Shown here: positions 1-10,663 of the stretch, one piece after another
How the letters are laid out: each line of letters opens with the position of its first letter
Position numbering within the stretch: the first letter of the stretch is position 1
Assembly (NCBI GenBank): GCA_964016885.1
Contig: OZ024744.1
Span: forward strand, 104,904,001-104,968,000
Reading direction: 5' to 3'
Length of the DNA stretch: 64,000 bases
Source: Eledone cirrhosa
Lineage: Eukaryota
Position numbers and translations under genes: made by a program
The notes under the pieces: model-generated
Told to the model about the DNA's origin: nothing
The model's input: only the letters and a program-made list of their open reading frames with translations
Databases searched by the model: none

Positions 1-107
1 TGCTTATTTTTGCCTTTTAATGTTTTAGCTTCCTTAGATTTATGCGTTAATGACTAGAGGCAACAAGGTACACAGCCACCCGTAATTGCATGAGTGAAAA
101 TAAACAT

Positions 108-152
108 CTATGTATGATATGGAAATATATTTATGTGTGTATATATTTGTGA

Positions 153-224
<72 letters not shown>

Positions 225-498
225 GTATGTATGTGTATATATGTATATGCTTGTTTGTGTATGTATATATGTATATATATATATGTATATATGGGTGTGT
301 ATATATATATGGGTGTGTGTGTGTGTGTGTATATATATATGTGTGTGTGTGTGTATATATATATATGTGTGTGTATATATATGTGTGTGTGTATATATAT
401 GTGTTTGTGTGTGTGTATATGTGAGTATAGGTGTATGAATGTTTATATACGAGTATGTGCACATGTAAGAGGAGTGTACATATGCTCACACAAGTGTG

Positions 499-563
<65 letters not shown>

Positions 564-700
564 GATGATGATGATATATATAAATGTATATGTGTATGTA
601 TCTGTATATGTATATATGGGGGTATAGATGTGTATGTGTGGATATAGATATATATGGATATGTAGATATATGATTATATGCATGCGTGTGGATGTGTATT
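108..700. repeat. Compound (TA)n/(TG)n microsatellite field
   Basis: Long TATATA and TGTGTG runs. The overlapping YI/CV/HT-rich ORFs are translation artefacts. Confidence 0.95.
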
Positions 701-1601
701 TAGGTTTGCATCTATTTGCACGTATGTATATTTTGGTTAGATATCAATATAATTGTACCTCTCTCTGTATGTGGTGTGAATATATGCACTTTGTAGACTA
801 TGAAATTTATGTGTTTTAACTATGCCAACATGTACTTATCTGAGTTTGATTGTTTATGCATAAACATACTTAGTGATATTTTAGAGCGTATAATATGTTA
901 TATTATACTGAGTGCAATTTACCACACCGTACTATATTCTGTTGGTTAAGTTGTATATTATTGCATTACTATATCACGTTAAGTTGTATATTATCACATT
1001 ACTATATCACAGTATCTTATAATAATTTTCATCTTTTAATATACTATCTTTCCTAGCCATAACATTAATTTATATTCACCTTAAAACTCAATACAACACT
1101 AATCACCATTTATTTTGACATTCCTTTTAAATTCACTATACAAGATACATTCAACTATCAGTTTGACAATCCCCTTCCTTCCTAATAGATTTTTATGCCA
1201 TTTCTACTAACACCTTTCAACCATTCCTTTCAAAGGGTCATGACCTCAACTAAAGTGTATTACTTTTCATCTTAACACCATATGAAAAAAACAATTAAAT
1301 TCATTAGTTCTTTCACTACCTCCAAATAATTATTATTGAATAAAATTATTATTGCTTTTGAAAACAGCTGGTGATATGCATGTAAGTAAATATTCTCTCT
1401 ATCTGATAGTTTGTAAACTTACATAGATCAATAACTGAGTATAGATACAATGTATTATCACCATCTAGAAATGATCGTAAAGCAGTGAAGTATATCTCTA
1501 ATGACTTGATTTTTTATTTCATTGTTTTAACTTATATATATATATATATATATATATAAGAGTATTGAAGTTTGCTTGGAGCATTGCGGAATAATAAGAT
1601 T

Positions 1602-1911
1602 TATTTTCTTTTTAACGGAAAACACCATGCTGTCTGGCTATCTCTATCCCTATCTACCTCATACGATCTACCTCTTTTTTATTAATCCCTTGCTTGTCTT
1701 TCAAGCAAGTTGGTCTTTACTCCTATGGACGTATAAACCTTTAAACTATCTCATAACCATTCCTATGTTCGTCTTTCCAAGTCATATGCTTTTACACTTT
1801 GAGCCCAGTTTACATCAATATATCCCTATATATCTCTATTTTCCTTTTAATGGAAAACACCATGCTGTCTGTCTATCTCTCTCCCTATCTACCTCATACG
1901 ATCTACCTCTT
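1602..1911. repeat. ~75-bp direct repeat, two copies 235 bp apart
   Basis: TATTTT..TTTAA[C/T]GGAAAACACCATGCTGTCTG.CTATCTCT.TCCCTATCTACCTCATACGATCTACCTCTT at ~1602-1677 and ~1837-1911. Confidence 0.85.
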
Positions 1912-2161
1912 AAGGTTATCTGTCGGAGAGGAGTGATACGTCTCCTCTGCTGTTCGTTGTTTTGAATAACAGGTATTCAGCAGAGTGCGCAGAATAAGTC
2001 CGGTCAAGCAAAGGTCAACGGCCGAAATAGTTCTTTTAATTGTGGGAGTGGGGTGGCGTTAGCTGTCAATCCATTGTATTATCTATCTGCGCTGGTTTCT
2101 GTATTAGCAGTGTAGTATATTCGTATGGTGGTGGTGTTCGCCTGCCTGTTTGGTGGAATGC

Positions 2162-2211
<50 letters not shown>

Positions 2212-2295
2212 GTTGTTGTCTCGCTTGTGTGTGTGCGGTGCGTGTGTTGTTGTCTCGTTTGTTTACACCAACCACCTCATTTCGCTTCTCTTGGA

Positions 2296-3462
2296 TCAGT
2301 TATTTATTTGTGGTCCTAGGCGTTTGATCCAAAGTGCTTCCTTGATTCGTATCGTGCCGACGTTGCGTTCTGTCGCTAGCACTGTGACAATGGGCCTTCC
2401 CTCTTTGTTTCCGCATTTGGTTATGTGTTTCTGGAAAGATGAGGCCCTGGTGTTGATGTGCTCCTTGATCCGGATGTGTAGCGGCTGGATTGTGCTTCTG
2501 ATATAGTAGTGGTTGCACTTGTCACATTCTACCTTATACATGACATATGTGCGTAAGCAACAGTTCGTATGGCGCATCGGGCAGTTTCTGAGGGAACACG
2601 CATCAGTCGATTTCCCGGGTTTCCTGGAGGGGCCGGAGTGGGCCAGGTGGATGTCGAGGCCCTCTCTCTGGATAGCGTTGGTGGTATTCTCGCCCAGGTG
2701 TGGTATTTTAATGAAGCACTTGCCTTGGGTGTTTCTCTGCCTCTTGTGTCTGGTGTCTCTTATTCTGTTTGTGAGCGAGGCAGGGTACCCGTTCATCTCC
2801 AGGACTTTGAGGAATCGCTTGGTGTGGGTGACACCACTCGCGGGATCGCTGCATCTGTTTTTAATTTGCGTGATCTCGTTCGTGGCGTACCCTCTTTTAG
2901 CACTGTTAGGGAGGGCAGACTTGTAGTGGACGAACAGGTCCCTGCAGGCTGCCTTGCGGTAGAAGTTGGTGTGGATCCCTCGCTGTTCCGTGATGTTGAT
3001 TCGGAAGTCGAGGAGGGCAAGTGACCCGTCGTCGCTGGGGTGTTCAACACTGAAATCAATGTTCTCGTCCGTGTTGTTGAACGTCTCATATATTCTGTTC
3101 GCCATCTCCTGGGAAGATGTGAGGATGAGGATATCGTCCACGTACCTTGAGAAAAAGGCGACGGTGTTGGAGAGGCGGGTGTTGAGTGCCTTGCGCTCGA
3201 GGCTGTCCATGTATGAGATCGCTAGCACACCCGATAGGCTTGAGCCCATGGGCAGCCCCGAGGTTTGCTGGTATATTTGGTCGAGAAAGCTGAAGTTTGT
3301 GTTGTCAACGACAATGGATAGGAGTTGGTGGATGTCAGTGGAGGTGATCCCGAAGCAGTGTAGGTCGGTAGATTGGACGCGTTCCATCAGTATATTAACA
3401 GCCAGGAGTGCCGGGACCGAGGTGTAAAGAGCGACTACATCAAGGCTGAAGGCATAACTGAT
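2296..3462 (-). pseudogene. Penelope-like RT + GIY-YIG endonuclease (5'-truncated)
   Basis: In-frame SLDVVALYTSVP upstream of the annotated Met, then QTSGLPMGSSLS, RYVDDIL, LALLDFRI, FYRK, NGYP, and C-terminal VMYKVECDKCNHYYI(R)ST...RIKEH...IKEALWIK. Confidence 0.92.
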
Positions 3463-3833
3463 GCCTCTCTAGGAAACCCGGGAAATCGACTGACGCGTGT
3501 TCCCTCAGAAACTGCCCGATGCGCCATACGAACTGTTGCTTACGCACATATGTTGTGTATAAGGTAGAATGTGACAAGTGCAACCACTACTATATAGGTA
3601 GCACAATCCAGCCGCTACACATCCGGATCAAGGAGCACATCAACACCAGGGCCTCGTCTTTCCAGAAACACATAACCAAATGCGGAAACAAAGAGGGAAG
3701 GTCCATTGTCACAATGCTAGCGACAGAACGCAACGTCGGCACGTTACGAATCAAGGAAGCACTTTGGATCAAACGCCTAGGACCACAAATAAATAACCGA
3801 TCCGAGCGAATCGAAATGAGGTGGTTGGTGTAA
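3463..3833 (+). pseudogene. Inverted duplicate of the Penelope GIY-YIG domain
   Basis: VVYKVECDKCNHYYIGSTIQPLHIRIKEH...EALWIKRLGPQINNRSE. This copy keeps YIG where the minus copy has YIR. Confidence 0.9.
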
Positions 3834-4191
3834 ACAAACGAGACAACAACACACGCACCGCACACACACAAGCGAGACAACAACACACGCACACATACAC
3901 ACACAGTAACATTCCACCAAACAGGCAGGCGAACACCACCACCATACGAATATACTACACTGCTAATACAGAAACCAGCGCAGACAGATAATACAATGGA
4001 TTGACAGCTAACGCCACCCCACTCCACAATTAAAAGAACTATTTCGGCCGTCGACCTTTGCTTGACCGGACTTATTCCGTGCGCATGCGTGCTCTGCTGA
4101 ATACCTCAGTTATTCAAAACAACGAACAGCAGAGGACACGTATCGCTCCTCTCCGACAGATAACCCTCCACCCCCCACCCCGGAAAAAAAA

Positions 4192-4224
4192 CCCAGTTGA
4201 GGGATGTGAATCCGAAATATAGGG
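4192..4224 (+). ncRNA. Degenerate minimal type I hammerhead ribozyme-like motif (Penelope-associated)
   Basis: CC-CAGUUGA-G-GGAU(GUGA)AUCC-GAAA-UA-UA-GGG. Stem II, GAAA and the palindromic AUAU stem III are present, but the core differs from CUGAUGA at 2 positions and stem I is only 2 bp. Confidence 0.5.
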
Positions 4225-4654
4225 ACAATTAAATCTCTCCCAAGGTAACTCTATCTCGTGTTATTATTTTTATTTTTTACGCTCTTTCCTACGTTCTTCT
4301 ACACACTATACATCTCATTCTACATTCACTTACATCTCTCTCTTCACCACCGCATCTTGTTACTCGGAGAATTACCCATCTGCATTGTTGAGGCTTCCAA
4401 AACGACCAAAAGAAAATAAATCATATATATATGTATGTATGTATGATGAATACAGTAAGCCAGTGATTCTACCTGTTAGAATGCTTTGCATATTTTTTTT
4501 TTTTTTTTTAAATTTTATTCTTTCTCTAAGATATTTTTTTAAAGCAAAGCATTGGCCCCCTAAAATACTACAGTGGGCTCCTGCAATGCTACCGTGGGCC
4601 CCCTGGAACCCACTTGCCATTGGGGAACCTGGCCAGTCTTCCACTGCCTATATA

Positions 4655-5920
4655 CAGGGTGCGGACGATATTTGTTCGCAAGATTACTGTCTATGAAAAA
4701 ATAACACAGTAGTTTTATTTTTTAAGATATATTTATCAAACTTGGGTCAGTTTGTCTTCATGACTTGTTCTTTCGATCTCACTCGATAAACCCGCCATTG
4801 GCTTTGATGACGGCCTCAAGGTGGCCTCAGAACTGGCTACAGGCCTTCGTCACTGTCCCCTTACTTAGGCTCCTAAAGGCACTTGTGATCCTGGCCTTCA
4901 GAACGTCTTTCGTATTGCAGCTAGATCTGTTGGTGTCTCGTTCCACTGCACCCCACACAAAGAAGTCGAGGGGGTTGCAGTCAGGCGAGCTGGGAGGCCA
5001 GATGTCAGGTGAAGTGTGGTCGATGAAGTTCTCTGACAGCCAGGCTTGGGTCTTCAGCTGGTATGGCAGGGCGCTGAGTCTTGCTGCCACACATACAGCT
5101 ACCTGGTCGATCCAGGGCTTTACTACCTTGCTCAGAACGCGGATGTAGCCATCGGTGTTCAGCTTGAGGCCTTCAGGGAAGAAGTGAGGTGGCATGACGA
5201 CACCTAAGACCAATGTTGTCGCTGGAAACTTTGTCTGCATAACTCTTTGGATGAGACAGCGAGCCACCTGTTGTTCTGGGAGTTAAACTTCTGCCAAGAC
5301 CAGAAGATCTTCTTGTCGGAGAAAAACCACAGCATGTCTGGCTCCAGTGGGTGTTTCAACTTGTTGATCAGCTTCTTTGCGTGCTTCAGTCGCTTTTCTT
5401 GCATCGCCTTTGACAGAAATTGTCCTTTCCTCATCCTGTATGAAACGTAGCGAATGTCTTCATGTACCACCAGCCTAATGAGCTTTTCATCCACGCCTTT
5501 CTCCCTTGCAATGGCACGCATCGACTTGCTAGGTTCATTGTTGATGATATCCTGAACTTCAGCGACGAACTCAGGCGTTCTGAAGGCGTCAGATCGTCGA
5601 TCATGTGTTTTCCTTTCTGATGTTGCTTCGTAATCGAATCCTGAATCTTCCAATTCCTTTCTGACTTTTTCCACCATTTTCCTACTGACGCTGAGAAAGT
5701 CTGAAATTTCCTTATTTGTCCTCCCGGCGCAGATTCCAAGAAGAACTCTGTGTCTCTTCCACAAATTTGGAGGTTCGAAATTATTCATAATCAATAATTC
5801 TGAAAATAAATAATGGAAATATAGTCACTGTTTTTATGAAGGCATGAGTGACAACGGAAGTAAAAGAAATTTGCATAAAATTAGCAGTTGAAAATGCGAA
5901 AAAATATCGTCCACACCCTG
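4655..5920 (-). mobile_element. Tc1/mariner DNA transposon, DD37D (maT) family, full length but decayed
   Basis: 26-bp TIRs CAGGGTGCGGACGATATTTGTTCGCA (4655-4680) and TGCGAAAAAATATCGTCCACACCCTG (5895-5920), with TA on both sides. Confidence 0.93.
4779..5788 (-). pseudogene. DD37D transposase pseudogene
   Basis: HTH N-terminus, WFFSD(K)KIF, frameshifted YVWQQDSAPCHTS and WPPSSPDCNPLD. About 37 residues separate the second and third Asp. It has frameshifts and a premature stop before ...VIKANGGFIE*. Confidence 0.9.
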
Positions 5921-6190
5921 TAATATTGTAGAACAATAAAACTATGCATATATCAAATAAATAGCACTCAACAGTTGGTAGAACTGGAGTATATATGATA
6001 AAGAAGTAATTAAAAGGAACTCTTTTAATTTCTTCTTTATATATATATAATGAAGGAATTGTGGTAAGGAACCAGATTGACCATAACGCACCAGAGTACT
6101 CAATACTAAGGGTAGTAGAGTGCGTAATAGGAAAAGGGATTACCCTGACGGCAGAGCTCAAGCCGTTTCGACGGCTATTTCTGGATTAGA

Positions 6191-7348
6191 TTAAAATTTT
6201 TCCATAATGGCTTCCTGTAGCTGCGCCTCGTTGAAGACCCCGATGCGTTCTCCCTTTGGCGCCAAATGCAGCGCCTTCTTCTCCCTCGTCCGGTCGATGA
6301 CGACCCTCGCCCTCACCAGACGATGATCACTGCCAGTGTTGAATGGCGTTATGACGGAGACGTCCTGCAGTATGCGTCGCTTGTCGACCAAGATGTAGTC
6401 AAGCTCGTTTCAGTGCTCAGAATTTGGCGATACCCAGATCCATCTCTTCTCCTTCTTCTTCCTGAATAGGCTGTTTCCGATGTAGAGCCGTCTCGCCTCC
6501 GCCATGTTGACCAGACGCTCTCCTCTCTCATTTCGCTCTCATAGGCTGAATCTTCCGACATATTCTTCCCCTTGCCGTCCCTGTCCAACCTTTGCATTGA
6601 AGTCTCCCATCACGACGATGTAAGTGGAATTCACATCTAGCACTTTGTCTAGCTGGCGATAGAATTCTTCCACCTCATCGTCATCGCTGGCACTTGTGGG
6701 AGCGTAGGTCTGGACGATCTTGAGGGTGGCCTTCCCTGAGAGGTTCACGTTCAGTACACCAATCCCTGACGATATAAACTGGCAAGAAGCGACCTTTGAA
6801 ACCCATTCCTTGCTTACGATGAACCCTATACATCCGACCGATCTGGCACCCTCTGCTTTCCCGAGTCTCAAGGCGCATCCATCTTGCCATCGCGAACTCG
6901 CCTCCTTCTTCTGGCGGGTATCGCACAGTCCTAACACGTCGCACCTGATCTTCTTCTCCTCCATTAGGTGGTTCAGTCCTTGCCCCCCTGCCAAAGACCT
7001 GCAGTTGTAGGTGCATATGGCAAGGTTAGTCCTGTTCCTTGGCGGCATTCGGGAACCTGTGATTCTTAGCAGCCTTTCGTTGCTCGGGTTGCACTCCGCC
7101 GTCGTGGAGTGGCCGCAGGGTACTGAGGCCCTTCGTGCTGTTTTAACCATAAGATGACGCCATCCCACTGGCTGGGCGGACAGGCCGGTACTCTAGAAGA
7201 TGATGAATCATCTCTAGGACCAATAGTCTGATACCTGTGTAGCATGGTAAAACCTGCCAGGACATTGAGTCCCGCTACCATAGCTATCAGACAGCCAGGG
7301 TCACCCCTGCGCCACTTTTGAGGCACTGAAGTAGGATTTTGCAGAGGG
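6191..7348 (-). mobile_element. RTE-clade LINE: 5' UTR and APE endonuclease only, RT missing
   Basis: ICTYNCRSL, CDVLGLCDTR, IVQTYAPTSASDDDEVEEFY, VVMGDFNAKVG and GSDHRLV are AP-endonuclease motifs. It has stops/frameshifts, and the GC-rich 5' UTR ends at a (TA)n tract. Confidence 0.88.
7205..7348 (-). ncRNA. Candidate HDV-like self-cleaving ribozyme at the RTE 5' end
   Basis: Minus strand: P1 CCUCUGC/GCAGGGG, P3 GCC/GGC around L3 UCAAAAGU, P1.1 CA/UG, long P4 (ACC/GGU, GUCUGAUA/UAUCAGAC, AUGGUA/UACCAU, GGGAC/GUCCU) and J4/2 C-CUAG. P2 is imperfect. Confidence 0.5.
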
Positions 7349-7509
7349 TATATATATATGGGGTATAAATGAAGATATAACTATATTTCATGTTTATATA
7401 CAATAAACATACAAGAGTCGTACTATAAATGTTTTAGGCTGTGCTCAGTAGCTGGTGAGAATGTCAGTGATGTTTCTGTGCCCCCATTCCCCCCCCCCCC
7501 CCCCCAGCA

Positions 7510-10400
7510 AAATTCAAAATTTCAGAACGAATGTAGGCACATTGAAAGGTTTCTCAAACAAGGTTGTAGAGATGCTTGAATGTAAGGAAGTTGATGTTTT
7601 TTATGTTCAAGAGACCAGGTAGAGGATGGGTCTGCTAGATTCATTGTGGGCAAGAAACAATGTTATAAGCTTTTCTGGATGGGTGGTGTAGGAATTATGT
7701 TAGCAGAAAAATGGGCAGACAAGGTAATTGCCATAGATAGAATGAATAAGATTAGTACTAAATAGGACAACTGTATCAATTATTTCTGCTTATCCACTCC
7801 AATCAGGATTACCAGACGTTACTAAAGACAGGTTCTATGAGTCTCTAATGCTCACTACCTCCCAGATACCCAAGAGTGACTATATAATTATTGCTGGAGA
7901 CCTTAATGGTCATGTTGGACAACATTGTGATGGCTTTGTGTCCATGGAGGTTATGGGTTTGGTACTAGAAATGAGGAAGGCTTCAGGATCCTGGAATTCT
8001 GTGATCCAACACAAACTTTTAAAAATGTGAGTCATTTGATCACGTATAGATCAGGGGAGCACACCAGCCAGATGGACTATACCGAGACAAAGTGTCTGTT
8101 TTGAACACTAAGTCCCTCCCTCGCGAAGAATGTGCCTACTGATATAACTTAATAGTTAGTGACCTCATAGTCAGGGCCAGACGTACTTGCCGGCAGAGGA
8201 ATACCTTAAGGGGAAGATTATGGAAGTTGAAGAACCCCACAGCTAGTAACAAATTCAAAGGCATATTACTTGATGCTTTTAATAGTAAGGAAGAACAATT
8301 AGAGACGTACAATATAGAGGAACAGTGAGAATTCCTGAAAGTTAACCTGTTGAAGGCGACTGATGAAATCTGTGGCTGGAGCAGACCGTTAAGCAGGAGG
8401 AGAGTGACATGGTGGTGGAACAGTAAGATGGAGGAGTCCATCAAGGGCAAAAAGTAGGTGTGGAAAGAATGGCAGGACGGGAGTAGTAGAGAACTCTATC
8501 GGGGAGCTAGGAGAGAAGCTAGACAACAAGTATACCTTGCAAAGAGGGAAGCAGAGGAAGTAAGTTCAAGTATATTCTACAACAGGGGGACCAAAGACAC
8601 GAGATATTCAGGATTGCAAGGCAATGTGTCAAGGAGAACTGTGATATTGTCAGGGAGATGTGTGTCCGTAATGATGATGGTATACTTGCCCTCACTGATA
8701 GTGATAAGAAGGTAGCTTGGAAGTGTCACTACAAGAGACTACTGAATGAATGGAATAAAGATAGTCTGCCCCACATTGATCCAACAGAAGGACCAGCTGT
8801 GCAAGTTAATGGTAGTGTAGTAAGTAAGGCAATAAAAAATATGAAGACAGGCAAGGCAGCTGGGCCTTCGGGGATAATTGCTGAAATGTTGAAGGTATCT
8901 GGAATGGTGGAACATATTATGGTCACCCGGATAGTAAACCGTATGAGGGTAGTCGATCAACGAGGGCTGGAGGTCTTCGACAATGACTGTCTCCGCCGCA
9001 CTGATCGGGTACCTACTGCCAGTCTTCGTCTTCGCCTGAATCTTCGACCCCTTCCTTCAGTGCTTCTGCAACGGCGCTTGAGATGGTTTGGTCACGCAGC
9101 CCGGCGCCCTGAGGGTGAGCTTATCCGTGATGTTCTCCTCCCACCTCCACTCCCTAACTGGCGCAAGCTCGTTGGCGGGCAGCTGATGACCTGTCCGAAC
9201 TCTCATGTCTGCCTGCGCCGATTGAACCGCGACTGTCTCGCTATCTCCAGTGACCTAGCCCGGGACCATTGTGCGTGGGCTGCCATGGTTCAGGATGCCG
9301 TCAGGACAAGGGAAGAAGCCAGCTCAATGCGTCCAGGGTGAATGTCGACACAAGTACAAGTAGTAGTAGGATAGTAAACCAAGTAATACATAATGGGGTC
9401 ATAGCAAATGACTGGCATAGCAGCAGCATCATCAACTGTTACAAAGGCAAAGGAAACTATAGGGGTATTAAATTAGTTGACCAAATCATGAAAGTCACAG
9501 AAAGAGTTATTACTCAACTGATTAGAGACCAAATTGATCTAGATGAAATGTAGTTTGGTAAAAGTACCATAGATGCTCTTTTCCTTATACAGCAATTACA
9601 GGAGAAGTACCTAGCTAACAGTAAACCCCTCTAATTAGCTTTTGTTGACCTGGAGATGGCCTTTGACAGAGTGGAAGAATGGCTTGTGAGAGCTATAGAA
9701 GCCATGTATAAAGGAACAGTCAGCAAGGTTAGAATTAACAATGAATATAGTGATGAATTTAGCATAATAGTAGGGGTTCACCAGGGCTCCGTTCGTAGCC
9801 CCTCCTGCTTATTATTGTCCTATAGGCTATAACTGAGGGGTTTAAGACTGGCTGCCATGGGAACTTCTATATGCACATGATCTAATTCTCGTGGCTGAAC
9901 TAGAGAGGAAGTTCCAAACATGGAAGCATAGCCTTGAATCAAAAGGCCTTAGAGTCAACTTGTCTAAGACTGAGGTTCTAGTATGTAAAAAGGAGAATAG
10001 GGCACAGGTACCATCTGGGAAATGGCTGCGCTCAGTGTGTAAGAAAGGAGTAGGCAGAAACTCCATTCTATGTCCCAAATGCAAACTATGGGTACATAAA
10101 AGATGTAGTATGAGCAGAGGTAAGCGATCTAAGAATGTAGATTTTATATGTGGCCGATAAGACAATGACACTGGATCAAGACCTTTGGCGCCATGCAGTT
10201 GAACAGAAGACCTGACTGCCATTGCATACAAACCTAGTCAGTAGGCACCTCTTAACTCAATGTATGCCCCCACCCCACCCCATCCTCCCTCTCCCTTCCG
10301 TCCACTGTGTCGATGACACAACAGTCCACACTAAGGTGGTCGTGTAGGAGACGTGGTGAAAATGCTCCCAGTTCACACTGTAAAAACCCAATAACACAAT
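7510..10400 (+). mobile_element. Decayed RTE-clade LINE (APE + RT + PHD-like Zn finger), internally deleted
   Basis: NVGTLKG, VQETR, IIIAGDLNGHVG, MKTGKAAGPSGIIAEMLK, NYRGIKL, AFVDLE.AFDRV, VGVHQGS, LYA(H)DL, GLRVNLSKT and CPKCKLWVHKRCS, with many stops and frameshifts. Confidence 0.9.
8941..9368 (+). mobile_element. 5'-truncated RTE-type LINE 3' end nested in the older LINE
   Basis: LEVFDNDCLRR...RRLRWFGHAARRPEG, a (CAAGTA)2(GTA)n tail, and an exact 12-bp TSD GGATAGTAAACC at 8929-8940 and 9369-9380. Confidence 0.92.
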
Positions 10401-10663
10401 GTGCATGCACACACGTAAGTATGTAAAGTGGACACCTGTATCCTTGCGTGTATACATATATACATGGGTGTGTCAACACATTTGTGGAGGTTTTTGAATT
10501 GGTGGTGTGTGTGTATGAAAGATGACACATTTAAGGCAGTGTAACCTGACGTAACCTTATACCATATCATAAGACTCGAGAAAACATTGTATGGTAAGCA
10601 TATGATGTAGGTAGCAAACAAAACTAGATTTTAATCTAGATGTAAATTTATAGATATAAATAC

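Larger units (their letters stand above)
1914..4224 (-). mobile_element. Penelope-like retroelement, 5'-truncated, with inverted pseudo-LTR
   Basis: 1914-2633 is the near-exact reverse complement of 3463-4165. Between them is a minus-strand RT, and the arms carry the GIY-YIG end plus a (CA)n-containing 3' UTR. A hammerhead-like motif follows at 4192-4224. Confidence 0.9.

Noticed and set aside
40-819. Many overlapping ORFs rich in YI/HT/CV
   Set aside because: They are translations of dinucleotide microsatellites with no protein-like content.
3458-3485. CTGATG...GAAA as a hammerhead
   Set aside because: The core is CTGATGC, stems are missing, and it is a chance product of the inversion junction.
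2040-4027. Antisense or alternative-frame ORFs (2513-2926, 2569-3024, 2966-3427, 3590-4027 and others)
   Set aside because: They are shadow ORFs of the GC-rich Penelope coding strand and UTR.
4460-4650. Possible hAT MITE (CAGTG...CACTG)
   Set aside because: The terminal match is only 5 bp and no 8-bp TSD is visible.
8658-9341. 227-aa ORF as a gene
   Set aside because: It is a chimera of two LINE fragments joined at a TSD.
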